Assembly (NCBI RefSeq): GCF_964204645.1
Contig: NC_134036.1
Span: 9,217,859 to 9,281,858, forward strand
DNA from: Tubulanus polymorphus
Lineage: Eukaryota; Animalia; Nemertea
Direction: 5' to 3'
Length of the DNA: 64,000 nucleotides
Numbering within the stretch: the first letter of the stretch is position 1; each line of letters begins with the position of its first letter. Shown here one piece after another: positions 35,370-49,239 of the stretch. The position numbers were made by a program, and so were the translations under genes. Under the pieces are notes generated by a model. It had not been told where the DNA came from, searched no databases, and saw nothing but the letters and a program-made list of their open reading frames with translations.

Positions 35370-36430
35370 TAATCGTTGAAACATTTTTTGTACGATTTGT
35401 CAATCATCCATGAGAATGTTTCGGGGGTTAATCATTACGATTTTTTTGTGACTGAATCGGAATCACAGAGCGATTTTGTAATGAAATCGACTGATTCAAT
35501 CGTGTCAATCAATTGTGAAATATCAGATAATCGAGAATTCAGTAAATGTAGAGAGATTATCTATTATACCGTCTACATTTCAAGATCATTGTTCTTCGCA
35601 TAATTTTGTTAATTGAAACATGTTTTATAAATCGTTTATCGATTTTTTTGTGGATACTCATCGCAATTTTTGGCGGCTAATCATAACATTTTTTTAGGTC
35701 AATCATTACGGTTATTTGGAGTAGATCTTAACAATTTTGTATTAAAATCGATTGATTAAAGTCATGTTAATTAGTTGAGTAATAAGGTAACCGAGAACTA
35801 AACGAATGTCGAGAGATTATTCAAGATGACTGTTCTTTGCATAATTTTTGTTAATTGAAACATATTGTTTGTTACTAAATCAAAACGATTTACGAATTTT
35901 GGTGTTGATCATTACGATTTTTTGGTGTTTAACTAACGGCTTTTTTGTGTCAATCGTCTCAATTTTTTCGGGAATAAGAATCATGACGATCTTGTTGTAA
36001 AAGTGACTGATTCATTCATTTGAATAATCGAGAATTTAGTTGAATGTAGAGAAATTTCCTATTATGACATCTACATTCCTAAGATAATTGTTCTTTGCAT
36101 ATTTTTGTTAATTGTAACATATTGTTTGTGAATCAGCATGATTTTTGCATTTACTCTTTACTACTTTTGGTGTTAATGATTTGCGATTATTTGGCGTTAA
36201 TGATCCCCAATTTTTCGAGTTTATCTAAACTTTTTTGTCTTAACCATCGCAATTTTTTGGAATAGATCATAACGATTTTTTTATAAAAATGACTGATGCA
36301 TTCGTTTTGATAATCGAGAATTGAGTAAATGTAGAAAGATTATCTATCATACCTTCTACATTTCAAGGTGATATAGATTTTCGCATAATTTTAATCATAA
36401 TCATAAATAATTTTTGCGGATACTCATTAC
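35370..36430 (+). repeat. Degenerate long-unit tandem repeat downstream of RPTP stop
   Basis: Recurring AATCATTACGATTTTTT, AATCGAGAAT..AATGTAGAGAGATTAT, CTACATTTCAAG, TTGTTAATTGAAACAT blocks. Confidence 0.6.
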
Positions 36431-38804
36431 GATTTTTTTGGGTTAATCATTAATTACTGATCTTTTACGTATCTGAAGCCAATATGTTTTTTTAAAAATC
36501 AAATCTACTTCGTTGCTGCCCTAAAAACCACCCCTTAAGACATTCACCGATTCAGTATGAAATGATGTATTGGAAAGTGTGCTGATAGACTATCTAATGC
36601 CTGGTGTTTGAAATTGGTATTCGATTAAGAATGTCTCAAGGGGAGAATGAACACGTTTGAAGTGTGGATGATCAATTTTTTAAAGTGTGCTGATAAAATG
36701 TCCAATGTCTGGTGTTTGTAGTTCATTTTTGATAAAAAAGGTGTCTCAGCTGAAGCGCTGAATACATATGGAACGTGGACAATCAGTTTTTCTCCGGTAA
36801 AGTACTGAACACAAAACCGAAAATAGCAGAACGATGTGGTTCACGTATTATTAGAATGTCCTTATAGGCGACAGATTGTGATAATAATTCATCCATATTC
36901 TAATTCAGAATAAAGAATATCCTTATATATAAATGTATATTTGGTCATTGTCATTTCCTTTGGTTTTGGTGTAACTACGTTTGATGGCGTTATGGCAATT
37001 GCATTTTCCGGATGGGGCGAATCAATGCAGCAATTCCTTTCCGTTGCCATATATCGCTAGACCTTCTAAAATTTTCTTCAAAGGGCGACCACTTCTCTCG
37101 ATGCCGTTATGGTGATGATGTCATATAATTTACGCAGTGGCCATATTCAATGATTTTGATTTCATTGAAGCGTTGACTTAGAGCCGCATAAGCTATTGAC
37201 CGGGTTACTGACCACGCCACATTACACCTCTATTCGTACGTACATTAAATATAGCGAGCGTACTGATGGTGGATATGCGTCTGGCATACGGGTTTCCCCA
37301 CTACCAGTAAAACCTCATTACAAACATACTCGGATACAACGATTCGTCGGATTTAACAAATATAGAATTTCGACCCAAGTAAGAAAATTTGATTAATTGC
37401 ATACTGGATATAACGAACATATTTTCTGGTCCAGTAAACTTTGCTGTAACGAGGTTCCACTGTTGGTGGTAAGCTGTTCTCATCGGATGGACTTGGGTGA
37501 ATCTGATCGTGAAAATTAATCCATAGAACTCGAGTTCATTGACTAAACCAAAACCACAGACAAGTTGCTGACTACAGGTTTTGTTACGTTTGAAGACAGT
37601 GTATAATTATCGAGGATATATTCGCCTTTAAACAGTGCACGGACGGTTCGAATTCCGAGAAAATCACTGTGTTTGATTGAGGAACGCGTGTTTTCGGAGG
37701 ATAGAATTAGTGCAACAAGACAAATGGAACTTGGGAATGCATCTCAGTTGAAGATGGTTGTTGTGATACGACTTATAAATAAAGATGAGAAGTTAATTGT
37801 CAGAATTCCTTTTTAATGTATGCGGGTGCTGTAGTGGTTTATATTTGTTGTTTGACTTTTTCAATCTAACGTATATGTGTATATACATGTACATATAAAG
37901 ATATTCACTGCAATTATCATTAACACATAATGATAAATTGCTCACTTAGTAAACCGATTATTGAAACTGGAAACTCTGGATTTGAAACTGGATAAAATCC
38001 TATGTAAACCCGGTAATCCACATTCCGGACCTCTCAGAATCAGTATCGGTCATTACTGGGTTCGCAAGCCCGGGACCACCGTGTGCATCTTATATTCAGC
38101 GCCTAGGCCACAGTCATCCTTGTATGGCGATGCAGTTTGAGTCAGACGCAGCGGGTGGTTCGCGTTCGCTTTTTCTAACCGTATCTAACGAAAAAAGTCG
38201 ACCAAGTATCGAATTTGAATTTAGCAAATTGTTATATATTGATGTAATCGGGGGAATTTACGGAATTAACGATATATCTATAGAATCGATGGTCAGGTCT
38301 AGTCATTATCTGTCATTATCTAATTCCTAAGTGGTATAGGACACAGGGGCTTGTATCAGAGTTGCAAATACTGTAAAAATAATCTGTTAATCAAATGCCT
38401 ATAGTATAGTACTATGAAATAACTAATATATCATTTTATACATGTTATAGACATTTGATTCACATTATCGTTTTTAGATTAATCTACAACTCTGATACGA
38501 GCCAGTCTGGACATCATAAATTGACAAAAAAACGATTAAAATGCCAAAAATGTCAAATATCATAATAGTCAGGTTGAATTTATGAACTGATTGATTTTGG
38601 ATTGTCGACAATAGGTGATATAAAATAAATTATATAAAACCAAAGATCATTGAAGTTATTTTGGATTTGAATACAATCAGTATTTCATATTTGTTCTTTA
38701 TTGCTGTTCTAAATTAGCACTTAAAAAGCGAAAACCAGACGAATTGTCTTCACGCTGTCCTAGGCTTCGGTGACGTCACCACTTGTTCGGTCGCGGCCGA
38801 CGAA

Positions 38805-39090
38805 TATGTTCGGGCGGACCGGATGGCTTAGTAGGTCGGCGACTAGTGTGTCACTGATGTGGCCCAGGTTCGAGTCTCGGAGGGGGCGGGTCAGGATGTG
38901 AATTGATCTCCGGTAAGCGAGCGAGTCGAGAGTTGTCCTCCCTGGAATGAGGTTACTAATGCGTGAGTCCTACAAAATATCTGGTGTGGGGTAAATCATG
39001 TTTAATTCAGTCGTTTCTGGCCGAATTATTTATTTATCCCACAATACCGGTCCAGGCTGCGGAGTAATTCCAACAGGGGCCTTCGACTTT
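38805..39090 (+). mobile_element. Probable tRNA-derived SINE
   Basis: A box TGGCTTAGTAGG and B box GGTTCGAGTC at tRNA spacing; no convincing cloverleaf; 3' end approximate. Confidence 0.5.
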
Positions 39091-40184
39091 TCTTACAATA
39101 TTAGTTTGTTATTCTAAGTTGATTGGTGAGGGTTTTGGAAACTTTTTTTATTCTTGTTTTATTTCCTCAAAGAAATTGAAGAAAATCGCAGCAGGAATTC
39201 CGTAGATCTTTACACGTAGTTCGGTGATCAATCTCCGAGTTAATTTCTCAAGTGATGGAAAAACTATAGTTTTTTTCTTTCACTTTGCAGACTACATTCG
39301 GAGTAGATGTGTACGGTACCCGGCGATGTCTGGCGAACGTGTGTATAAAAAACGACTATCCAATAGAGAATCACTCACTGGAGACCTGCCATACGCTCTA
39401 CTACACAATAGTGCCGCGTGACTGCACAAAGCCTTAGACCATATTCTTAATTCCTGAAGCAAATCCTTCAACATTAAGATTGAGTTTGCACCATTGTATA
39501 AAGATATACGGAAATATAAAGTGAATCTCCACTAAAGTTTATTGGATAGTTTAGATAACATTTCGGTACGAAATTTTAGGCTAAAATCGTAGCATTCGAT
39601 ATTTGATCTCTGTCTCGATGAATAGTCGAATCAAACTCGACGACCTGTTTGGCATGAATTGAATGGTTCTCGAGGATTGGTTTCACGTACTCGGGTCTGT
39701 CATAGGAATGCACGATCGCGCCTTCTGTCGGTGTTTATTTTATCCTTTTCGATTTATTATTATTTCCTCCATTTGTGGTGAAAAAATACATCCATTTTTG
39801 GAAATATTGGCCGTTTTAAGCGAATGCGCCAGCTGCTTGGCCAGCACTGCTGCTTTGCACGAGCCACCCATTTCGCGCAGAGCCGACGTCAACAACTTCC
39901 TTTTGTCGCTGACGCGAAACCTCTGAAGAAACACGCTAGCAAAATGGACTCAAACGAGTCCATAATAAGAATCCATTAAGAATTGCAGCCTGTATCGCAC
40001 AAACGAGGTGTAAAGGGACCAGCGCACGGCGGACACAGAGAAAGGTATTCGGTGACCTACTGGAAATACATTAAATATCAGTCCTGTATTGATTGCCTAT
40101 TGAATTTGCAATTTGAGCACATGGCTAATTAGCATATCAAGGTCATCTATCCGATATGAGACAAAGATAATTTTCTTGACCTTT

Positions 40185-42342
40185 ACCTTACAAAAAATTC
40201 ACACATGTTATGTGTGTGAATAACACACATAACATGTGTGAAGGGTGTGAAAGACACAGAAAACACATGTGATTCCAGCTATCACATGTGTGATCTGTGT
40301 TGTGGAGCATATCACATGGTTGAATAACACATGTTCACATGTACGTTTGAAATACATGTGTGATTGAGAAATACATGTGTGATTCACACATGTGATTGGC
40401 TCAACAACACAGATCACATGTGTAACCGCTAGGATCACACATGTCATTAGAATAACACATGTGATTAACATCAGTTATTCTAATCTGCAACACAGTGTGA
40501 ATATTTCGGATATGAACCATTCCCATGTTGGTTCCAAATTATGAACATCTGCATTTTCGTCATAGAATCCATGTTAGAATAAGAATATTTCCATAACTGA
40601 ACTCATTATTTCAATATTTGTAACACATGGTTAGATTTTATCTAACACTGGCGCCCCTACTGTGCAAAAACCAAGTACGAATGTCCACGGACTATTGAGT
40701 TTGTATTTTCATTCGGCTTAATAAATAAAATAAGGTTATGATATGTTTTACACTCGCTGTTGAGTTCTTAAAAAAATATAAATATTCAAAAACGACTTCG
40801 AAAAATCCGCAGGTATTTACGGGATTCGAACTGTTGACGACGGCTAGCAAAGGACTTGGAATGAGCGTGCAGGCACGCACGGCGCCATTTGCAATTATTT
40901 CGAGGATAGTCGTTGCTGTTTTTAATCAATTTTCATGGTTAATTTCTTAGTTCGAAAAGTCTGGTGTTTGAATCCAAGCTCAAAAGCAAGTATTATTGTG
41001 TTTCATCAAATATTTATCGTCGATGATGTTAATTGAATGTACTGTAGTCGGTAAAATCAGTGGCGTGTACCAATCAATCAATTAAATCAAATTCATCCAA
41101 ACTTTATTTCATGGACATGATTGATGCATTACAAATATTTCATTTATTGATGCATGCAAAGTACAACATGTCCATGCCTAACAAGTAGGCCTAGATTACA
41201 CCATGAACTATTTTTAAATCACGATATGTCCAGGAAAAAGACACTCGTTTGCATACTATAAGCCTACTGTATAATTCCTAAACTGAATGATCAGCCGGTA
41301 TTGAACAGTATTTGCCAATTCTTTCTACATTTGAATGAATCATTTACAAATTAAAATGGAATTTTCCGTTATTAATCTAGGGAGTCAGTACATTTCCTGG
41401 AGTAGTAATTTATCTTCACGGAGAATGAAACGTATACTTTCAGCCGGAACAAATTACTGAAAAAGAGGTTTTGAGTCCTGTTATGGTAAGTGTTGATTGC
41501 AAAAAATTATAAGCTAGTGTTACAATAGCACCGTTTATTTTTGTCTTGTTTCACTTATCATAATAATGTAACTTTGGCTTTTTTTATCAAATGATTGATA
41601 TTAGGGTTATTGATTTATTGATTTGAATTGTTTGGAATTGTGTGTAGTATTTAAATGTTTTATAATTTTGTCTCATTCCAGATCATGTTCTGAATTGTAG
41701 ATTGGGGGTTACCGCGGCCCAAATTAGAAAGAAGATTGGACAAATGCTGAAACAGTATAAATTGACGAGGTAAATCTGTAAATATTTGAAAATAAAATTC
41801 CCATTAATATGTAAGCTTACACAAGTGAGTTATTACATTTCGTTGGTAATTTTGAAATTTCATTTTGTTTTGCCACTATGGGGATCTCCTTTCAGCCAAT
41901 GAGTTTTTAGGAAATTGTGAAGTATGGATGAAACATCATGTCCAATGAAAGAAGTGGTCAAATTTTGACCATTATGAATGTGTACTTATACTTCTTCTTG
42001 AATACAGTCGTGCGGAGCTGGAACAATGAGGATGACTGCAGATCACATGCGTTATAAATCACACATCACTGTGTTATGACATGTGTGATTTGCATTCTGG
42101 GCTGTATCACAAGTGTGATTCACATGTGTAAAAATGGGACAAAATCACATGTGTGATTTAGAAAATCACACGTGTGATACAGCTTGAATGCGAATCACAT
42201 GTGTGATTCACATGTGTAAAAATGGGACAAAATCACACGTGTGATTCACATACAAAATCACATGTGTGATAATGTCCCATTTTTACACATGTGAATCACA
42301 CGTGTTTTTTAAAAAATCACATGTGTGATTTTTTTGTAAGGG
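40185..42342. mobile_element. Non-autonomous TIR DNA transposon (~2.16 kb) with subterminal CACATGTG repeats
   Basis: CCTTACAAAAAATTCACACATG at left and CATGTGTGATTTTTTTGTAAGG at right; many (AT)CACATGTG(TGAT) motifs at 40190-40470 and 42040-42330. Confidence 0.8.
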
Positions 42343-45214
42343 ATGCGCAATTGTCAAGGATGAATTTCTTTTGTAGTGTAAATAATGATTCCTCCGAAAC
42401 AAAATCAAATATAGATTTCACAGAAATCGATCTTGAAATACAATTTTAAATCTTAAAATAAAACCTGAAGTAAAACAGTAAACGATACCGCGGGTTCACA
42501 TGAACACCTGCTGATTTCTGCAGCTAATCCAATCATAGAGGAGATTGGCTTTTTAAAACTGATATTTTTGCTTTCAGCTTTTTTCGAAAAACCTCTTTTA
42601 CACCTCAATGAGGCCCTTTTTAAAAATCCAGCAACCTGGAGAATGGATAACGCTTTGATACGCCGGTCACAATCCTCTCCTTAGTCGTTAATTAATAAAA
42701 GTAATGATCAGTCCCTGGCGAGAGAACGTGTCCGCGCACAAACCCAAGTAAAAAACTAGAATACCGGAAATTTGGATGATTATAACAATAACAAGACGAA
42801 TTTATTTACCTTAATATTTAAACTCAGCTCTCCAGTTAAAAAACAGTCCAGTTCCTAGCTCTAAGTTCCTATTGCACTCTCCTGCTGGTAACCCGTCCTG
42901 AATCAAGTCCCAAACAAGCTTTTAATAAGTATCTATCGAACCTCTATCGAGTATCTTTTGAGTGTTTACCAAGTGTCTGCTCTCTCAAGATGCGGGTCCC
43001 TTTTATAGAAAGAATCGGCATTCTTAAAATACCGACTCCCCCACTCGACTTTTGGCAAGGAGCAGCAACCTAACTGTCATGACTGTTTTGGTTATATAAA
43101 ATTTAGCCTTAATGATTCGCTGAACTAAAATTATTTTCAAAACTGATTTGCTGAACTAACATTTTCCTTCCAACCCTCCTGTCATGACGCGGAATGATTT
43201 ACTCACTCCTTGCTTATCATTGTTGAGAGAACAGCTATTCCCAGCAAGTTACCAACAGACGTATACAACAAGAGAAAATTTAGAGAGCTAGTATTAACAG
43301 TTAACACAAATTAATTTTCATTACACTTTAGCGATTATAGAGACTTTGTTCTCAATCAACATCCAGGATATTTAAATCAAATATATGAACACTGAATGTT
43401 CCCTTTTGAATTATTGAAAATACATTTGATTCGGAACTTCATTATGATCCATTATCTTTCTTAAAATCATTCTATAACTGTTATATTAAATAAATTTGAT
43501 TATAATACGGGACAAAGCATAACAACAATATCTCCCCATACTTCCTTTTTTGTCTTTTTATAGAAAGTAGTCGGGAGTATCATGAAGTAACAGCGTGATT
43601 CTTTCACCAGCCGCATAATTAATGCAACCCATTGTTCCGACCAAATACGGTTCCGTCTATCCTTAAGTTTATAAAAAGATTTCTGAATGTTTGCCAGATA
43701 ACGCAGCGGAAGAACCGAGAAAGAATTATTTTTACACCAGGCTGATTTATGGTCAGCGCTGATAGATCAAAGCATCAAACAACAACCTGCTTACTACATC
43801 TTACTACGTTTGTTGTCTGAAACCATTAATAACCACCAACGCATTCAGGAAATCAACATTACAAACATTTTTTTGGTACTACGAAATCTTGCTGCGGATC
43901 AGCTTGAATGCATGACTTGTAAGAATATATGCTTAGTCGCATGGTCGAAAGGCCTTTTATTGGAAACCATGTCATTTGAATTCGCTCCATTTATATAGTA
44001 ACAGGCTCAGCTTAAAGCTGGCCTACAAATTTATACATTGAACACCAATTCTCACACAACATAGGTAAATATTGGTATCGATAACGATCACTTTCTCTAA
44101 CCTCCGACTGTCCATTCTTCTCATGAATCGCATAACTCGTCATCCTCCAATACAACCAAAAATTAAAAAATTACATTCACATTCATACACATATATAGAT
44201 TATTATGACTCCCCTTTCCAGACAGCAAATATAAAAAAAGATAAATGTTTCTCCCCTCAGATTCGACCACTAACAGCTTGTAACCGGATGTCAGTTAACT
44301 TCTGTGAATTGAATTGTATTTAGTTTGGACACAAGCACCATTTGTTGCTGGACACTAAAATTGTAGTGCAAACTTGCGCATAATCAAAGGCCACTAAACT
44401 AGTTACCTTCGCAAACAGTGTCTAATGCAGCTTTTCTTTTTCGTTCCGGCCCTTAAAAGATAGTAAAAAGTGTGAGTTTTAAAGTTATACCTGCGTAAAA
44501 AACTAGAAAGATACTTTCTAATAGGACGAAAGAGAAATCAAAACTCAAACTCTGGGTGATGACGAGTTAGCTTGGTTGGTACACACTGTACAGTGTTATA
44601 ATGCTTATCAAACATTTTTGCAAGTTGGTCCAAACGAAGCTCAACTGGATTAGACAATGAGTTGGGAATATAGACGATATACAGATGTATTAATCCAAAA
44701 CGTTAGCACTTTGATAAGTCCTGAGGCTCAAAATATGGAAGCTCGATCAACAAAATATCATACACCAGGAGCCCTTAAGTATTTCAAATTTTACGGCATT
44801 ACAAATTAAACCAGGCCAGTTGCTGAAAAGTTAGTTACCTTATTGCAGGTGGTAAGCTTTTATAAATCAGATTTTCAGTTTTTTGAAAATATCCGAGTGG
44901 AACCAAACAACAGTCAGGTTAAAACTAATTACTGACAAAAGTCCATCGTCTGACTCGTTTTTTAGGATAGTTTTTCCAGTAAAAGTCATAGACCTAAGCT
45001 TCACACCAACAATTCTGTGACTATAAAAGACTTTTTGACAAATCAAGGATGATAGGTTGATATGTACGTGGATTGATGCATGACCTGCTTCCCGATGCGC
45101 GTCATCTACTACTTACACGTGCATGCATTTGCACCAATTTGTATAAGTAGAGAAAACAAAATGCAACCTGGATACTGTTTGGAACATGGTATATCCATTA
45201 AATCGTGTCAATTC

Positions 45215-46603
45215 CAAGTGAGGAGATGCATCCTATGACAGTGCTAATGATACACAAAATTCAAGACAATAACTTAAAACCTGTTGATATTTTACTCAAA
45301 AAACCTTTTTCCACCTACGAATGAGTACTGATGACACTATGATGGCCACCAATTTGGCCGCCGATTGCGTGGTAATTGGCTGATCGAAAATACCGGTCTG
45401 GTTTATTAAAGATCCTTTTCCACTGAATGCCCATCACAAATTTCAATGAAATATGCTGAACTAGTGGGAAGTTACAGGTCTCAGAATTCAGGCCAATATT
45501 GGCTATTTTTGGCACAAAAAGGTCACAGGACGGCAATCTTGAGTTCGATTAACCCAATATTTCTAACACTGATGGGGGTTTACAAATATATATATTTGAA
45601 AGATCAAGATAATTAATGAAAGCGTCTTCAAATTTTCCCTTCAAAACTTCAAAAATGTGTAAAAAGTGCTGGTTTCGGGCTCGGCGAATGACAATGGACA
45701 CCAGTCAGCCATTTAGATTCTGATCGGGCTGAAGATGGGTCTAGGGTAGATACACGTATAAACCCAGATACAGGTATAATAAACCCAATATCAAGACAAT
45801 CCCATGAAGTGTCTTCAAAACTTCCCAAAATAACTGGAATCCGTCTACGGACGAATGGTCGGACGGACGAATAGTGAACGCAATAGCCCTCTGGGGTCCC
45901 AAGTGGGTTAAAAAAACCAATGACCCTGAAACTCACCACAATCATAGTCATGAGCTAAAACTTTCAAATAGCAACACTATAAGTTAAAACCTGTTGATAT
46001 TTTCCTCAAAAAACTTTTTTCCACCAACGAATGAGTATTGACGACACTATGATGGCCGCCAATTGCGTGGTAATTGGCTGATCATTCCTGTCTCATGTAT
46101 TAATGTCCCTTTTCATAGAATATCCATCATGAATTTCAATGGAAAATAGCAAACCAATAGGAAGCTACAGGACTCAAGAATTTGGGTCAGAATTGACATT
46201 TTTCGACACAAAAAAAAGGTCACAGGACAGCCATCTTGAGTCTGATCGACCCAATTTTCCTAAAGGTGATGGGCCTTTGGGGGATACAAATATACATGAA
46301 TGATCAAGTTAATAAATTCGAGTGGCTTCGAGTTTCCCCTCGAAAACTTCAAAGCTGTGTGAAGTGCTGCTTTCGGTAAACAACAATGGCTGCCAGTCGG
46401 CCATATTGATTCTGGCCGGGCCAGTTTTTGGGCTGAAGATGTATCTAGGTTAGAAACATATGTAAACCAAATGTCATAACAATCCCTTGAAGCGTCTTCA
46501 AAACAACTGAAATAACTCAAATAACTGGATTTCGTCTACGGACGACGGACGAAAAGTGAACGCAATAGCCCGCTGGGACTGAAGTCCCAAGTGGGCTAAA
46601 AAT
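45215..46603 (+). repeat. Two adjacent copies of an unclassified ~600-700-bp dispersed repeat (third copy ~50890-51480)
   Basis: Shared AAAACCTGTTGATATTTT..CGAATGAGTA.TGA.GACA..AAAAGGTCACAGGAC..GTGAACGCAATAGC..CCCAAGTGGG.TAAAA. Confidence 0.8.
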
Positions 46604-49239
46604 GGGGAATTCCCAAAGGATAGAAAAGTAATCAACGAAGTTTGACGTATGAACTAGGCCTCACAGTAGTATGACCCATTCAACCTTTAGCGATACGGGA
46701 ATAAGTGACATGGAAACCATTGATTATGCATGAATGGACCAAAATGTTTGTACGGTAAGAGTGGAAATATGGATTTCTAATTAACAGATGAACTGAATTA
46801 TTCATTAAGGATTTGAAGAAAAAACGGACTTAACAAACCACAAAATAAGCAAATCCGGATTAATGGGATCCGGATTAAGAGGAGTTCACTGTAGTTACCT
46901 TCATGACGAACGTCTAATGGAGCTTTTCTTTTTCTTTCTGGCACTTAAAAGATTTTAAAAAGCCTTAGTTACAAAGTGATACATGTGTAAAATAATTGCA
47001 AACGTTTGAAACACTTTATTAAACATGTTCTCTAATATTACAACAAAACTAGGGTGCTAGATGAAATGTTGGACAGTTCCAATATTCGACGCCCCTGGTG
47101 AACAAGTAAAGATACCAATAACCTTGAAACTAACTAGCACATGATCAAAAGCTTATAAAACAGTTAACTTCATAACGAGCGTTTAATGGCATTTATCTTT
47201 TTCCTTCCGGACCTAGGAAAATCGAAATAGCTCATTATAAATATTTCATAATGTAAATAAAGTTGATGTAAACTTTTATTTCAAATAATGTGAAAATGAA
47301 TTCAGGCATATTAAAAAATATCAGATATGTGATAAATCTGTTTTAACTACATCTGTTTACAGTATCTGATCCAGCTCTCAGCCCATAGCACTGGATGGGC
47401 ATTGGATAGACACAACCCAATTCTATTTGAATTTCCTTGCATTTTAAAAACATATTTCTACAGATATTTTTATAAAGCATGGGCAGGAAAATGTATTGAT
47501 TTTACCTATAAAAGACAAGAGGACCAATTTTAATTTTTTTCAGTAACATTTAATTCAACTATAAGACCCTCAGTAACACCTTTCATATTTCTTTATTCAT
47601 CGAACAAATCAAATATGATCAGTATTTCTCATCATAAAATAGAAACAATTACTGAAAATCAGGAACAGTTGACAGGTCTGCATATGGTGGAAGACAGAGT
47701 TTAAAATTAACTAGTAGTGAGGTGGATGCGAGATATCAGTGAAAAGAAATTCAATTTTCTCATTAAGTATATATCTTTTTTTCTATTATCACGCCGAACA
47801 GGGCATTTTTCGTCTGTCAATCAAAGTCAGTCCGTGTTAAATTGATTCAATTGACTGTCCTGTCTGCATACACACTTCAATCACGAATTATAGTCCTCTT
47901 ATAACTATGTAACTATGTCTACTTGTATTATTTGCTCTAAGTGATATGATTTCGCAAAAAACAAACAATCAGTACCTGACAATATAGTAGACGGATGCCA
48001 CGGATGCCTCAGGAGGACGTTTCTTTGAAAAAATACGACTATGTGTGGTACAAAGTGTATTCTTAACCGAATCTAACTAACTGACAGTCAGACAACTAGG
48101 AGTCCAGGGACCCACTTCACATGCTCAACACAAGGAAATTTCAATATTCAATGCCCCCTGGTGAACATATTAAGACAGGAATGACCTTAGAACTCATCAC
48201 AATCATAGAACATGTCACTAGCTATAATTTTGCATTACAAAATATGCCTAGATACCAATATTATCTGAAAATACCAAGTTATTCGGCTATCCATTGCCAC
48301 CAGGTGGCCATATACAAGTACCAATGTCCTAGAAGGTCAACACATTCATAGAACATGCCACAAGCTACAATTTTGCAATTCGTTGTGGTATGCCTAGGTA
48401 CCAATACAATATGTAAACAAGAAACAAAATTCTTAATACGGACTTTCCTAAATTTACAATATGATAGTGTAGTGTATGTTTAATCCAGCATCAAAATTAA
48501 ACATTGGTACCGGTACTCTAAAGATTAAGCAGAACAAATGAAAAGGAGTGAAAACTCTATTGGATTGAATTCAAATGATGAGAGAAAACTTACTTTTTAC
48601 AGATAATCAAATCGAAAATAAGGACGGAAATTATCAAGAAAAAGATTTCTTTTTTTTCAAATTATGAATGAAAATGTATACCGGTACCTATCTTCGGCAT
48701 GAAGTTTTTCGCAGAATTTCAGATGGGACCACTGTTCACTATAGAGAGGTAAAATTCTCATTTGGTACCAAAAAAAAGTTTTCACTGTTCACTATAGTTC
48801 ACTGTCACACGTTACTTGAAAATGAGTAGGGAAAATTTGGTTCCGGGCAAAGAGTGTTCATTAAGTAAGGTATTCAATAAATAGGGTGGTGCTAGCATCC
48901 TGTTTTTTCACAACGTCTGTGCACTAAACCACATGATAGCATAGCCAACAGTGTCAGCTACTCTTGGCTATCAAATCGTTCAGAAAATCACCGGTGACAG
49001 AGTCCGTTGATCGAGTCAGCAGACTGAACCACCCAGTGTGTCAGAAGCTTTGTCCTATGAACCATGACAACCGTGTTCAAAGTAACACAGGGAGATGGTA
49101 GGAATCAGTACCTCAGATAAATCATTTTCTATGTCTTCTTGATGAGATTGCGGAACGAAATTAACCCTTCAAAATTCATACCCAGGAATTATCTGTCCCT
49201 CATAAAAAACAAGGTACACAAGGTTGAAGAGAAATATAC

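Noticed and set aside
38805-38890. Functional tRNA gene
   Set aside because: A and B boxes present but no convincing acceptor or anticodon stems; better read as a SINE head
42657-43184. Possible solo LTR on minus strand (TG..CA, TATA, AATAAA)
   Set aside because: No TSD or second copy visible; boundaries unsupported
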